NCBI GenBank assembly: GCA_964617505.1 | Contig: CAZTZB010000004.1 | Location: forward strand, 1 to 52,178 | Origin: an uncultured Peptostreptococcaceae bacterium | GTDB lineage: Bacteria; Bacillota; Clostridia; Peptostreptococcales; BM714 | DNA: 52,178 bases | Direction of reading: 5' to 3' | In this document: positions 10,534 through 20,949 of the stretch, piece by piece | How the letters are laid out: the number at the start of each line of letters is the position of its first letter | Position numbering within the stretch: the first letter of the stretch is position 1 | Program-made: the position numbers and the translations under genes | The notes under the pieces: generated by a model | Told to the model about the DNA's origin: nothing | Database searches by the model: none | Seen by the model: only the letters and a program-made list of their open reading frames with translations

Positions 10534-11445
10534 TCATCTTTGCCTCATCATTAAATAACCTTCAAGGTTATCGCAATCGCTTATTAATATATCATTGCAA
10601 ACAAAATAATTCAAAACCTCTTTAAGTATAAGGCTTCCCGCATATATTATATCGGCTCTTTCACTGTCAAGTCCTATTATCGATTTTCGGCTTTCCAAAG
10701 GAAGTCTCCCTAACTCACCTACTATGCCGCAGATTTCCTCTTTGCCAATTCTTGTCAAATGAATTTTTTCCCGATCGTATTTTTCCATTTTCAATTTTAT
10801 AGCCCCTAGTGTCGTTATGGTTCCGCCAATTCCTATTAATGCAACTTTTTCGAAATCATTTATATCCAAAAGATTGTTTTTTATAATATCTCTTATATGC
10901 CTTTCCAAATTAATCGAATCCTCTATATCTACAGGATCGGACTTTATGAACTGCTCAGTCATTCGAACTGCACCCATATCAAGGCTCTTCTTGTAGTAAA
11001 TTCGATCCCTGCTTCCGAGGGCAAATTCGGTACTCCCTCCGCCTATGTCAACCATCATGAATACACCTTGCACTTCAAAGCTTGAAACAACACCAAAATA
11101 ACCCATTTCAGCCTCGTCATCTCCAGATAAAATCTCAACATCTATTGGAAACTCAGATTCTATTCTTTCTACAATTTCCTTCCTGTTTTTCGCGTCTCTA
11201 ACCGCGCTCGTAGCCAAGGCCTTTATCCTTACATCGTTTTCAATTGCGGCTATCTCTACAAATTCCTTAAGTACATTCATGCATCTTTCAATCGCCGCTT
11301 CTCCTATCACTCCCACTTGGTCGACCATTTCTCCCAATCTAACCATTCGAACGTATTTTTTCCCATTCGTTATTTTTCCGTTTTCCATCTCCGCGACAAG
11401 AAGTCTTATGGAATTTGTTCCAATATCTATTACTGCACGCTTCAT
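10534..11445 (-). CDS. ppx: Ppx/GppA family exopolyphosphatase
   Basis: AVIDIGTNSIRL, ATSAVRDAKN, EAEMG, DIGGGSTE, GIGGTIT, RADII.AG. Confidence 0.9.
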   Translation of the reverse strand: MKRAVIDIGTNSIRLLVAEMENGKITNGKKYVRMVRLGEMVDQVGVIGEAAIERCMNVLKEFVEIAAIENDVRIKALATSAVRDAKNRKEIVERIESEFPIDVEILSGDDEAEMGYFGVVSSFEVQGVFMMVDIGGGSTEFALGSRDRIYYKKSLDMGAVRMTEQFIKSDPVDIEDSINLERHIRDIIKNNLLDINDFEKVALIGIGGTITTLGAIKLKMEKYDREKIHLTRIGKEEICGIVGELGRLPLESRKSIIGLDSERADIIYAGSLILKEVLNYFVCNDILISDCDNLEGYLMMRQR

Positions 11446-11459
11446 GTTTTCACTCCGTC

Positions 11460-11792
11460 CTAATTCACATCGTTGTTACTATCGCCTTCATCCTTAAAAC
11501 GGTATACTATGTCATTTTCCCTTACCAAATCCAACTCTTCTCTCGCTACATTCTCTATATAACTTTCCGTCTCGGCATCTTTAATTTCTTTTTCAATCTT
11601 TGCAAGCTCCTGCTCCTTTAGAGAAAGCTCATCCAATATTTTAGCCTCTTCCTGTTTCAAGTTATTTAGCATGCTTTGCTGTTTTAATATGACCATCGTA
11701 GAATATGAAGCAAGTACAAGCATTATTGCTATTGCAATAAAATTCCTTTTGATGAAATTTCCTTTCTTTTTCCGCTTTTTAGCAACAGCCAT
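11460..11792 (-). CDS. divIC: Septum formation initiator DivIC/FtsB
   Basis: Basic N-terminus, one TM segment, coiled coil, YIENVAREELDLV. Conserved position. Start at ATG 11792. Confidence 0.85.
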   Translation of the reverse strand: MAVAKKRKKKGNFIKRNFIAIAIMLVLASYSTMVILKQQSMLNNLKQEEAKILDELSLKEQELAKIEKEIKDAETESYIENVAREELDLVRENDIVYRFKDEGDSNNDVN

Positions 11793-11808
11793 GCAAAACA
11801 CCTCTCTT

Positions 11809-12054
11809 CTATTCAAATATTTCCTCAAACAAATCGGCCGCTTCTTCCTTTTTCACATGTTCCCTTACATCTTTAATCCTAAATCTCATTACTCTGCTTC
11901 CCGTTTCGATGGAAAGAATATCTCCAATAGCCACTTCCGCCCCCGGTTTTACAGCTTTCTCATTGATTTTTATGCGGCCCTTCTCGCATGACTCTTTAGC
12001 TATGGTTCTTCTTTTTATAATCCTCGATACCTTTAAAAATTTATCTACTCTCAA
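11809..12054 (-). CDS. yabO: S4-domain RNA-binding protein (YabO/RqcP)
   Basis: MRVDKFLKVSRIIKRRTIAKE..GRIKIN..KPG.EV..GD. Confidence 0.93.
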   Translation of the reverse strand: MRVDKFLKVSRIIKRRTIAKESCEKGRIKINEKAVKPGAEVAIGDILSIETGSRVMRFRIKDVREHVKKEEAADLFEEIFE

Positions 12055-12071
12055 AATTTATACCTCCTAAA

Positions 12072-12097
12072 TAAAAAAGCAGCCATAGGCTGCTTTT
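12072..12097 (-). terminator. Intrinsic terminator downstream of hup
   Basis: AAAAGCAGCC-ATA-GGCTGCTTTT with an A/T flank. Confidence 0.7.
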
Positions 12098-12208
12098 AAA
12101 ATGACTAAGATCTACCGATCAATGCTCTAGGCATTAAATAGAAGATCTCATCATTCTATCATTTGCGACTCTGACAACAACCTCAAAGCGGCCACAGGCA
12201 GCTTGTTT

Positions 12209-12487
12209 CTATTTGTTGACCAAATCTTTAAGAGCTTTACCAGCTTTAAATACAGGAGCCTTTGATGCCGGTATTTCTATTACTTGTTCCGGATTTCTAG
12301 GATTTCTTCCCTGTCTTGCCTTTCTTTCTTTTACATCAAATGTACCAAATCCTACAAGTTGCACTTTTTCTCCTGCAAGCAATGATTCTTGTATACTACT
12401 GACAAAAGAGTTCAAAGCCACCTCGGTATCTTTCTTAGTAAGCCCGGCTTTTTCAGCCATGCTAGCAATTAATTCAGCTTTATTCAT
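12209..12487 (-). CDS. hup: DNA-binding protein HU
   Basis: MNKAELI..., VQLVGFGTF, RQGRNP, PVFKAGKALKD. Confidence 0.97.
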   Translation of the reverse strand: MNKAELIASMAEKAGLTKKDTEVALNSFVSSIQESLLAGEKVQLVGFGTFDVKERKARQGRNPRNPEQVIEIPASKAPVFKAGKALKDLVNK

Positions 12488-12589
12488 AAATTTACTCCTC
12501 CTATAATATATTAATAATAATCATTCGTATATTTCATATTCTATGCAAAAGGGCTATTTCCTTTTTTTATTGCTTATTTTTTTTGAAAA

Positions 12590-14071
12590 TCAGTCTTTTT
12601 TTATTAATTTAGCCTCTTCCCACAACAAATCCATATCCTCAAGGGTCATTTCCTGCAAACTCAAACCTTTTTTCATTGCTGTTGTTTCAATATAGCTGAA
12701 TCTTTCGATAAATTTATCCACTGTAGAATTTAATGCTTCCTCGGGATCTATTTTCATGAATCTTGCTACATTAACCACGGAGAAAATCAGATCTCCGATT
12801 TCTTCTTTTGCCCTTTTCCTCGATATCACAGGCTTTTGGAAAACCTCGAGAAGTTCATCGGTTTCTTCTCTTACTTTATCAAATGCAGGACCGGCATCCG
12901 CCCAATCAAAACCCACCTTAGCAGCTTTCTTTTGAATTTTAACGCTCTTCATTAGTGCAGGCAAAGATTCAGGGACTCTTTTCATTGATTCAAAATGCAT
13001 CGTTTCCGATTTCTCTTCTCTTTTTATTTCTTCCCACTTGTCTTTGACTTTTTCTGCCGTTCTTATATCCTCTTCACCAAACACATGCGGATGTCTCCTG
13101 ACAAGCTTTTTGCATATTCCTCCAATAACATCTCCTATATCGAAAATACCGTTTTCTTCAGCCATCCTGCTATGAAAAACAACCTGTAAGAGAACATCTC
13201 CAAGCTCTTCGGTCATTAGCCCATAGTCATTCTTGTCAATGGCGTCCACCACTTCGTACGCCTCTTCAATCATACAGTTTCTTATGCTTTCATGGGTCTG
13301 TCTGCGGTCCCATGGACACCCGTCCTCGCTTCTAAGGCGAGCCATGATATCGATAAGATCTACGAAGCTTGGTTTCTCCTTTTGGCTACTTTCAAGAGCT
13401 GGGACATATAGACTTGTGAGATGGTCCAAGAAGTCGAGACGGTCTATCTCATACACCGGAATTTCTTCTATCCGCTCCATTCCCTTTATGCCGGCAGCTC
13501 TCACCGCCATCAGCATATGTTCATCACCAAAAAGTTCCGAAAGCGCCAGTTTGACTTCTGACGCCGTATATCGATCATATACCTGCGTAATCAATGTGTC
13601 CATTTTTGTATCGAACAATTGCTCCCGTATTTGAAGTCCGTCGACTATTCTAATTCCCATTACCGGATCTTTCCTGACCGCGGCAAGTACCGCATCTACA
13701 AAGCTGGCTGCTGGAATAAATTCCAAATCCAATAAACCTTCTTTTGATTTTTCAATCAAAAGCTGCACGGTATTTTCAGCCACAAAAGGGCTTCCCGGTA
13801 CCGCATAAACGATGTCGCCGTTTTTAGACTCCAAAATCAGGTCTTTGACTATATTCTCATATACCTCTTCAAATGTATCGTAGTTATCGTAGTAGGAATC
13901 AAATGTATTGAAGATAACTCCTTTCGCTCTTAGCCATTCTACCGTAGGGTGCTTTTCAGTTCTAAAAAAAAGTTTCTCTTTTTGTGTTCCCTTAATTTTT
14001 TCGTAGACATTAAATGATAGGTAATCCACACTTCCCGGTCCGAGCCCCACAATTATTATCTTATTTTCCAT
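12590..14071 (-). CDS. mazG: YabN-type tetrapyrrole methyltransferase-like / MazG NTP pyrophosphohydrolase fusion
   Basis: N-terminal IVGLGPG/LRTEKHP/YAVPGSP. MazG domains GCPWDRRQTH, EEAYEV, EELGDVLLQVVFH, RRHPHVF and second EEIGD. Confidence 0.93.
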   Translation of the reverse strand: MENKIIIVGLGPGSVDYLSFNVYEKIKGTQKEKLFFRTEKHPTVEWLRAKGVIFNTFDSYYDNYDTFEEVYENIVKDLILESKNGDIVYAVPGSPFVAENTVQLLIEKSKEGLLDLEFIPAASFVDAVLAAVRKDPVMGIRIVDGLQIREQLFDTKMDTLITQVYDRYTASEVKLALSELFGDEHMLMAVRAAGIKGMERIEEIPVYEIDRLDFLDHLTSLYVPALESSQKEKPSFVDLIDIMARLRSEDGCPWDRRQTHESIRNCMIEEAYEVVDAIDKNDYGLMTEELGDVLLQVVFHSRMAEENGIFDIGDVIGGICKKLVRRHPHVFGEEDIRTAEKVKDKWEEIKREEKSETMHFESMKRVPESLPALMKSVKIQKKAAKVGFDWADAGPAFDKVREETDELLEVFQKPVISRKRAKEEIGDLIFSVVNVARFMKIDPEEALNSTVDKFIERFSYIETTAMKKGLSLQEMTLEDMDLLWEEAKLIKKD

Positions 14072-14073
14072 GT

Positions 14074-15684
14074 TCACCACTTCCCTATTTTCATTTTATT
14101 TAAAACTCTATATATATTTTTACCCTTGGGAATCAATTCAAAGTCCTCCGAAGTTAGTGCTCCGGTATTTATAAGCATCCATCCATAAACAAAAGCTCCT
14201 GCTAATATAGAAATCACCGTTGCCACGTTGCTTCCGACAACTGGTCCCATCACTCTATATCCAACATAAACTACAGCTCCCATAAAACCCGCAGAAATCA
14301 ATGGTTTGATTGAAATCCCGAATATCGGGAGATCCATCTTAAGTTTCCTCTTGATGTATATAACATTCAATGAAGCCGCCAGAGCATAGCCACACACAGT
14401 TCCTATGGCAGCACCTCTTACATTAAGCGAAGGCACTCCTACAAGCACATACGTCAAAACAATTTTCAGGAGGGCTCCTGCCACCAAGTTCCATACAGGT
14501 ACAATCGGCTTTCCTAATCCCTGAAGAATTCCCGTAAGCGTCTGAAACAACGAAAGAAATACTATTCCGAATCCAAGCACCGATAAAATAGTGCTTGCGC
14601 TCATTGCACTTTCAATTTTTAGTGGGTAGAGAAGGCGCATGATTGGACCGGCAAGAACCACCAATCCGAACGCCGCCGGCAAAGCGATAATCATTGTTAC
14701 CCTTGCTCCCGATTTTACAGTTTCTCCCAATGAGGAATAGTCTTTTTGAGCAATCATATGGGCAACTGCCGGAACAAGACTTATCTGAATTGCTGCGGTA
14801 ACTATTTGCGGAAGATTCATGAGCGGAGTAGCCATTCCAGTAAGTTGACCATATAAACCATTTGCCGAAGCCTCGCTGTATCCTATTTGTTGAAGCCTCC
14901 TCAGCACAATTCCAACATCAATGGAATTCATTACCGGCAAAACAGAAGCCCCTATCGTAATAGGCACCGCTATCATCAAAAGCGATTTGGTAATTTGGGA
15001 AAACTTTTCAACCTTCTCCGGTCTTTTGAATTTCTTATTTTTCCTGTGCTTTGCATAGATAGCCATCATTACGAATGCGCTTATAAAGGCACCCGCTCCG
15101 GCTCCAAAGGTAGCCCCCGCCGCAGAAATTTCAAGGCCTCTTCCAAGAAGCGCATAAGCAAGGCTAAGTCCAACAATTACTCTTATCAATTGCTCAATAA
15201 TCTGCGAAATGGCTGTAGGCCTCATGTCTCTTAGACCCTGAAAATATCCTCTAAACGAGGACATTATCGGTACAAACAACAAAGCCGGTGCTATTGCCAT
15301 TGTAGAATAATAGGCTTTCGGATTTCTAATCATTATATCCGAATAGTACCTAGCTCCAAAAAAAAGTGCCAAAGACGTAATTAGACCAATACCCGCAAGT
15401 ATAAAAAAAGAGACCTTGAAAACACGAGCAGCCCCATAGCTATCACCTTTTGCCGTTTTTTCAGAAACCATTTTGGCTATTGCAGTAGGAAAACCCGCCG
15501 TTGATGCAACAACGAGAATAAGATATATGGGGTAGGCGCTTTGATAATATCCCATACCCTCAGCACCTATTATGTTTCCTAGAGGTATTCTGAAGAAGGC
15601 TCCTATTATTTTAATTATAATTCCGGCGATTCCAAGAATCGCAGCCCCTTTCAGGAACGAATTGTTTTTTTTATATTCAGTCAT
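14074..15684 (-). CDS. YabM/SpoVB-like MOP flippase (polysaccharide biosynthesis protein)
   Basis: KGAAILG..IIKIIGAFFRIPL, RGYFQG, SQIIEQLIRV, about 14 TM segments, position of yabM. Confidence 0.88.
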   Translation of the reverse strand: MTEYKKNNSFLKGAAILGIAGIIIKIIGAFFRIPLGNIIGAEGMGYYQSAYPIYLILVVASTAGFPTAIAKMVSEKTAKGDSYGAARVFKVSFFILAGIGLITSLALFFGARYYSDIMIRNPKAYYSTMAIAPALLFVPIMSSFRGYFQGLRDMRPTAISQIIEQLIRVIVGLSLAYALLGRGLEISAAGATFGAGAGAFISAFVMMAIYAKHRKNKKFKRPEKVEKFSQITKSLLMIAVPITIGASVLPVMNSIDVGIVLRRLQQIGYSEASANGLYGQLTGMATPLMNLPQIVTAAIQISLVPAVAHMIAQKDYSSLGETVKSGARVTMIIALPAAFGLVVLAGPIMRLLYPLKIESAMSASTILSVLGFGIVFLSLFQTLTGILQGLGKPIVPVWNLVAGALLKIVLTYVLVGVPSLNVRGAAIGTVCGYALAASLNVIYIKRKLKMDLPIFGISIKPLISAGFMGAVVYVGYRVMGPVVGSNVATVISILAGAFVYGWMLINTGALTSEDFELIPKGKNIYRVLNKMKIGKW

Positions 15685-15758
15685 GATTCCTCCAAACTTT
15701 TTATGGGCACATCTTTAACAAGTACATTATACATAAAAATCCACAAACCAATCAATAT

Positions 15759-15784
15759 AAAAAAAGGCCCTAAAACGGGCCTTT
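15759..15784 (-). terminator. Intrinsic terminator after prsA
   Basis: AAAGGCCC-TAAAAC-GGGCCTTT with a minus-strand T-run. Confidence 0.7.
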
Positions 15785-15790
15785 GCGTTT

Positions 15791-16762
15791 CTACTTGATA
15801 TTATCCTCATACCTTACAATTTCCGCTGTATCCATCAATGCATTTATTTTTTCAACAATCTTGGCTTCCATAAGATTGTTCCGAATGGATTCCTTCTCCA
15901 TTTCAAGCTGTTCTTCGGTCATTTCATTTTTTAAATCGGAAATGGTTTTCCTATCTTCAACTCTAATGATATGATAACCGTAATCAGTTTTTATAGGTTC
16001 TCCGATGACTCCAATCGGCTGTGAAAATGATGCCTCTTCAAACGCCGGAACCATGGTTCCTCTTGCAAAATAGCCAAGGTCACCTCCGTTGACAGCCGAA
16101 TTCGTGTCTATTGAGTATTCCTTCGCAAGCTCTTCAAAATCAGCCCCTTCATTGAGTTTTCCTTGCACTTCGGCGAGAGCTTCCTCTGTTTCAACGAGTA
16201 TATGGCGTGCTCTGACATTGACTACATATCCATCGTAGATTTCCTCAAGACTCGTTTCATCAAATCCGAGATCCTCGAGTGTCTGCGCCTTATATATTTT
16301 CAGGTATTCTTCCATTTCAAGTTGTTTCCTTATGAAGGCCTCTCCAATTTCATTGTCATCATAAAATGCCTTCATTTCTTCGCTGCTTTTCAGATCTTCC
16401 TCAAATGCCTTGTATGTTTCGTCGATTGCCTCGGTATCCAATTCCGTATTCTGTTCAACCATGTATTGGCGAATCAGTTCTTCTGTAATCATCTTCTCCA
16501 TTATTTGCTCTTTGGCAATCTGCATTATCGTTTTACCCTGGATTTCCTGGGACCAAATCTGTTCTCCATAAAGCTGGGTGTAGTTCTCTTCGAAAACAAC
16601 AAAATTCTTGTTGAATTCATCAAAAGAAATCTGTTCTCCATTTACTTCAGCTATCAGACCCTGCGAAGCCGTATCAGTTTCCTGCTTTTGGCAACCCGCA
16701 AAGGAAGCGACGATTAACGCAATTATTATGGCAAGTGCTATGGCCATTTTCTTTTTGTTCAT
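15791..16762 (-). CDS. prsA: Parvulin-type PPIase lipoprotein (PrsA foldase)
   Basis: Lipobox FAGC, ARHILV, FEELAKEYSID, GGDLGYF, GYHII. Confidence 0.9.
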   Translation of the reverse strand: MNKKKMAIALAIIIALIVASFAGCQKQETDTASQGLIAEVNGEQISFDEFNKNFVVFEENYTQLYGEQIWSQEIQGKTIMQIAKEQIMEKMITEELIRQYMVEQNTELDTEAIDETYKAFEEDLKSSEEMKAFYDDNEIGEAFIRKQLEMEEYLKIYKAQTLEDLGFDETSLEEIYDGYVVNVRARHILVETEEALAEVQGKLNEGADFEELAKEYSIDTNSAVNGGDLGYFARGTMVPAFEEASFSQPIGVIGEPIKTDYGYHIIRVEDRKTISDLKNEMTEEQLEMEKESIRNNLMEAKIVEKINALMDTAEIVRYEDNIK

Positions 16763-16806
16763 ATTAGATATCCATCCCTTTCTGTTTTTAATATTTATAA
16801 CTAATA

Positions 16807-19800
16807 TTATAGCTTAATAAATGAATCTTTGAAACTGTTTATTTCTTCCATAAATAAAATGGCTTCCTTGAGTTTTTTTTCAGGGCTTAGCTTTATACCC
16901 TTGAATCTGTATAGCAAACTCGGCTGCTCTCCCGCATGCAAATGCACTCTCGAACTGTATCTTCCAAGTATCTCTACAGCTATTTCAGGTCCGAAACTAT
17001 TTTCCTTTTGCATCTCGAACCGGTAAAAAACATCATTCTCCTTAATTTCGACTACGCCCATTTTACCCGCTAAAGCTTTTATATATGAAATATCCAAAAG
17101 ATTGTATACTTCCTGAGGCGGCGTACCAAACCTGTCTTCAATCTCCGCCTGTATTTCTTGGTAATCGTTTTTATTCTCAATTGATGAAATCCGTTTATAT
17201 GCCTCGAGTTTTAGAAGCTCATTTGATATATACTCATTGGATATATACGCTCCTATTTCTATTTCAATTGTAGTTTCAAGAGATTTTGTTTTTTTAACGC
17301 CCCTTATTCTCGCTACTGCCTCTTCCATCATCTTAACATACAAGTCATATCCGATGGCTTCCATCTGTCCATGTTGCTGGGACCCAAGCAAATTTCCGGT
17401 TCCTCTTATCTCCAAATCGCGCATTGCTATCTTGAACCCCGAACCAAGTTCGGTAAATTCCCTTATGGCTTTTAGCCTTTCCTCAGCCACAGAGCTAACA
17501 ATTTTATTCTTCTGATACATAAGATATGCTCTTGCAACCCTGTTGCTCCTGCCCACGCGGCCTCTAAGCTGATATAATTGAGAAAGCCCCATGTGGTCCG
17601 AGTTGTCTATGAGTATTGTGTTTACATTTGGTATGTCTAGTCCCGTTTCTATTATTGTTGTGCAAACAAGCACATCTATATCCTTATTCAAAAAATCTAT
17701 CATTATGTCTTCAAGCTTGCGCTCATTCATTTGCCCATGTGCATAGGCCACCTTGGCATACGGCACAAGATCAACAATCTTCCTTGCCACCTTACCGATA
17801 TCGTTTATCCTGTTGTGCACAAAATAAACCTGACCCCCTCGGGAAATTTCCTTAATAACAGCTTCCCTTATTATGCCGTCATCCCTTTCAATCACGAATG
17901 TCTCAACAGGATGTCTTTCATCGGGCGGATCTTCTATTACACTTATGTCTCTTATCCCTACAAGTGACATATGAAGAGTCCTCGGTATTGGTGTAGCAGA
18001 AAGAGACAAAACATCTATTGCGCTTTTGAGCTTTTTCAATTTTTCCTTATGTTTAACCCCAAAACGCTGCTCCTCGTCAATGATGAGCAAACCCAAGTCC
18101 TTGAAGCTAATATCACTAGACAACAACCTGTGGGTCCCTATTATCAAATCGACGCTTCCTCTTCTGAGTTCGTCTACTATCTTGTCCTGCCTGCTCTTGC
18201 TTCTGAAACGACTAAGCATTTCCACAGAAATCGGAAAAGGGCTCATCCTTTTCTGTGCAGTATTGTAATGTTGCTGCGCCAATATGGTTGTCGGAACCAT
18301 AATCGCCACCTGTTTGCCATCATTTATGGCTTTAAACGCCGCCCTCAGGGCAACCTCAGTCTTTCCAAAGCCTACATCGCCACACAAGAGTCTGTCCATG
18401 GGCTTTGGCTTTTCCATGTCCTTCTTTATTTCTTCTATAACCTTTATCTGGTCAGGAGTCTCGTCATATTCAAAGAGGTCCTCAAATTCGCTTTGCCAAT
18501 TCGTGTCCGGCATGAATGCATATCCACTTGCCGTCTCTCTTTTTGCATATAGTTCAAGAAGCCCATCAGTAAGGTCTTCGATTGATTTTTGCACTTTCTG
18601 TTTAGTTTTTTGCCATTCCACTCCGCCAAGGGAGTTCAATATTGGATTGGAATTGTTTGCTCCTAGATACTTCTGGATAATATCCATCTGATTTACTGGA
18701 ACATAAAGAAAATCGCCTTTTTTATATGCAAGCTGCAGATAGTCCTTTTTTATTTTATCGACCTCTAGCTGCTTAATTCCTATGAATTGCCCTATACCAT
18801 GGTTTTCATGAACCACATAGTCTCCAGGCTTCAAATCCGTGAAGCTCCCTATCGCTCTTTTCTTTGATTTTGACAGGTTTTTTTTATGCCTCTTTTCAAC
18901 CCCGAAAACATCCATTTCGGAAAGCACATTCAGTCTTCCATTGTCGTAAACAAACCCCTTTGAAAGTTGTCTTTTTGAAATCGCAATTGTCGATGGTATT
19001 AAAGACTTAATCCCATCGACATATTCACAAACTTCCAAACCCCTATTGAACAACTCCGAACGAAGCCTTGATGCTTTTTCATTTCCTCCGGCAAAAATAA
19101 CCGTCCCGTATCCCTTCGTTTTTAACTCTCTCAGGTCGCCGGTCAAGTCATCAATTCTTCCTTTAAACCCTATTTGAGGCTTAACTGAAAATTCAATGCT
19201 TCTCGAAATATTTTCAGTACTATCTATTGCTTTGTCCAAATAAATACATTTTCCAGGAAAAATCTCCGGCTTATATTCTCCCACCAATGAATGTTGCCCT
19301 GTTAGTATTTTGTTTTTCTCTAAATGAATTTTAAATCGTTCCAGAAAATCGTCATGGATAGCTTTTGCCCTTTGCCGTATTCTCTTTTCATCCATTAATG
19401 CAAAGACAGCGTCACTTTCAAAATATGTCAAAAAATCATCATGCTGCATATAGCAACTCAGATTGAAGATATCCCCGGTAACTATTCCGTTTTTAAGGCC
19501 ACCTAGTATTTCATCGTACTTTCTGCGAGACTCATAGCCAATATTTTCCCCTAGGGTCTCCATTTCTCTTTCTATTTTTTCAATTACACGCAGTATGGAT
19601 TCATCATCCTCTACAAATTCCCTCGCCGGAAAAATGACAGCATCCTTCCTTTTTTCTGTTGAAATCTGGGAAGATATATCAAAAACCCTTATTGAATCAA
19701 TCTCATCATCAAAGAACTCTATACGAAACGGCTTCTCGCTTTGAGGCGAAAACACATCCAGTATACCTCCTCGCCTACTAAACTGGCCCTTGATTCTTAT

Positions 19801-20280
19801 CTGGTCAACCGATTCATATCCAGCCCTCACCAATAACTCAATCAAACTCTCTATAGGGTATCTTTCTCCCCATTTGACAGTCACTATGCAGTCCCGATAA
19901 TCATCCGGTTTTCTAAATGGAATAAGCATATTGTCAACGGCAGTTGTAACAATAATGGGCTTGCCATTAAGCACATGTCCAAGCACCATGGCTCTTTCGG
20001 ATTCCGTTTCCCGGCTGTGCGCATACGCATCATAAAAGTTTATCTCTCTTCCGGGCAAAAAAAACACCGGCTTCTCGGTGAAAGTTTCGATATCTTTCGC
20101 CATTCTTTTAGCCTGTGCTTCGCTTTCGGTTATTACAAGAATCTGTCGATTTCCACAATCGGACAATAGAAGAGCTGCAAAGGAATCCGTTATGCCAGAA
20201 AATGCAATCTTCTTAATGTCTGATTTAAGCCATTCATTTATTTTATTTATTTGATTATACCTATCGACTTTCGGTATCAT
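16807..20280 (-). CDS. mfd: Transcription-repair coupling factor
   Basis: UvrB-homology module, CarD-like YVVHENHGIG, GDVGFGKT, DEEQRFG, QLRGRVGRS, TRCF C-terminus. Confidence 0.97.
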   Translation of the reverse strand: MIPKVDRYNQINKINEWLKSDIKKIAFSGITDSFAALLLSDCGNRQILVITESEAQAKRMAKDIETFTEKPVFFLPGREINFYDAYAHSRETESERAMVLGHVLNGKPIIVTTAVDNMLIPFRKPDDYRDCIVTVKWGERYPIESLIELLVRAGYESVDQIRIKGQFSRRGGILDVFSPQSEKPFRIEFFDDEIDSIRVFDISSQISTEKRKDAVIFPAREFVEDDESILRVIEKIEREMETLGENIGYESRRKYDEILGGLKNGIVTGDIFNLSCYMQHDDFLTYFESDAVFALMDEKRIRQRAKAIHDDFLERFKIHLEKNKILTGQHSLVGEYKPEIFPGKCIYLDKAIDSTENISRSIEFSVKPQIGFKGRIDDLTGDLRELKTKGYGTVIFAGGNEKASRLRSELFNRGLEVCEYVDGIKSLIPSTIAISKRQLSKGFVYDNGRLNVLSEMDVFGVEKRHKKNLSKSKKRAIGSFTDLKPGDYVVHENHGIGQFIGIKQLEVDKIKKDYLQLAYKKGDFLYVPVNQMDIIQKYLGANNSNPILNSLGGVEWQKTKQKVQKSIEDLTDGLLELYAKRETASGYAFMPDTNWQSEFEDLFEYDETPDQIKVIEEIKKDMEKPKPMDRLLCGDVGFGKTEVALRAAFKAINDGKQVAIMVPTTILAQQHYNTAQKRMSPFPISVEMLSRFRSKSRQDKIVDELRRGSVDLIIGTHRLLSSDISFKDLGLLIIDEEQRFGVKHKEKLKKLKSAIDVLSLSATPIPRTLHMSLVGIRDISVIEDPPDERHPVETFVIERDDGIIREAVIKEISRGGQVYFVHNRINDIGKVARKIVDLVPYAKVAYAHGQMNERKLEDIMIDFLNKDIDVLVCTTIIETGLDIPNVNTILIDNSDHMGLSQLYQLRGRVGRSNRVARAYLMYQKNKIVSSVAEERLKAIREFTELGSGFKIAMRDLEIRGTGNLLGSQQHGQMEAIGYDLYVKMMEEAVARIRGVKKTKSLETTIEIEIGAYISNEYISNELLKLEAYKRISSIENKNDYQEIQAEIEDRFGTPPQEVYNLLDISYIKALAGKMGVVEIKENDVFYRFEMQKENSFGPEIAVEILGRYSSRVHLHAGEQPSLLYRFKGIKLSPEKKLKEAILFMEEINSFKDSFIKL

Positions 20281-20860
20281 CTTCTCCTCCAGGTTCGCAA
20301 TTCATAGCGTTGTACTTGTTCATTGCCTTGTCGACACCCTCGGTTACAATCGTTTCAAGAGCTTCAGATGCCCAAGCAACCGTCCTACTTATTGGTTTTA
20401 TTTCGTTTTCATCAAACCCACCAAGAACATGTCCTATTATATCTTTGTTTCCAGATGACCCAATCCCAACCCTTATTCTCGGGAATTCATCGAACATTAG
20501 ATTGTAGATTATATCCTTCATACCATTGTGGGTGCCCGCGCTACCATTTTTGCGTACGCGAATTCTACCCAGCGGCGTATCTATGTCGTCATATACAACA
20601 ATCAGTCTGCTTGGCTCAATTTTATAAAAATTCACTATTTCACGCACGCTGTGGCCACTAAGGTTCATGAATGTCTGGGGTTTTAAAAGTATAACTTGTT
20701 CTCCTTGAATCCGGCCCTCTCCAAGAAGTCCCTTGAATTTTATTCTATTCATTTTAATCCCATGTTCTTTAGCAAAATTATCCAAAACTTCAAAGCCCGC
20801 ATTGTGACGCGTTCCCACATATTTTTTTCCAGGATTCCCCAGACCCACGATGATGTGCAT
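20261..20860 (-). CDS. pth: Peptidyl-tRNA hydrolase
   Basis: IIVGLGNPG, TRHNAGF, LKPQTFMNLSG, VVYDDID, HNG, RIRVGIG. Confidence 0.97.
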   Translation of the reverse strand: MHIIVGLGNPGKKYVGTRHNAGFEVLDNFAKEHGIKMNRIKFKGLLGEGRIQGEQVILLKPQTFMNLSGHSVREIVNFYKIEPSRLIVVYDDIDTPLGRIRVRKNGSAGTHNGMKDIIYNLMFDEFPRIRVGIGSSGNKDIIGHVLGGFDENEIKPISRTVAWASEALETIVTEGVDKAMNKYNAMNCEPGGEDDTESR

Positions 20861-20911
20861 TTGAAAACACCCCTTTATATCTCCTTTGTATAAAAAAAGG
20901 AAAACTGCAAT

Positions 20912-20938
20912 AAAAACCCCTGCTTAACAGGGGCTTTT
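20912..20938 (-). terminator. Intrinsic terminator after prs
   Basis: AAAAACCCCTG-CTTAA-CAGGGGCTTTT. Confidence 0.7.
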
Positions 20939-20949
20939 ATTGCTATACC

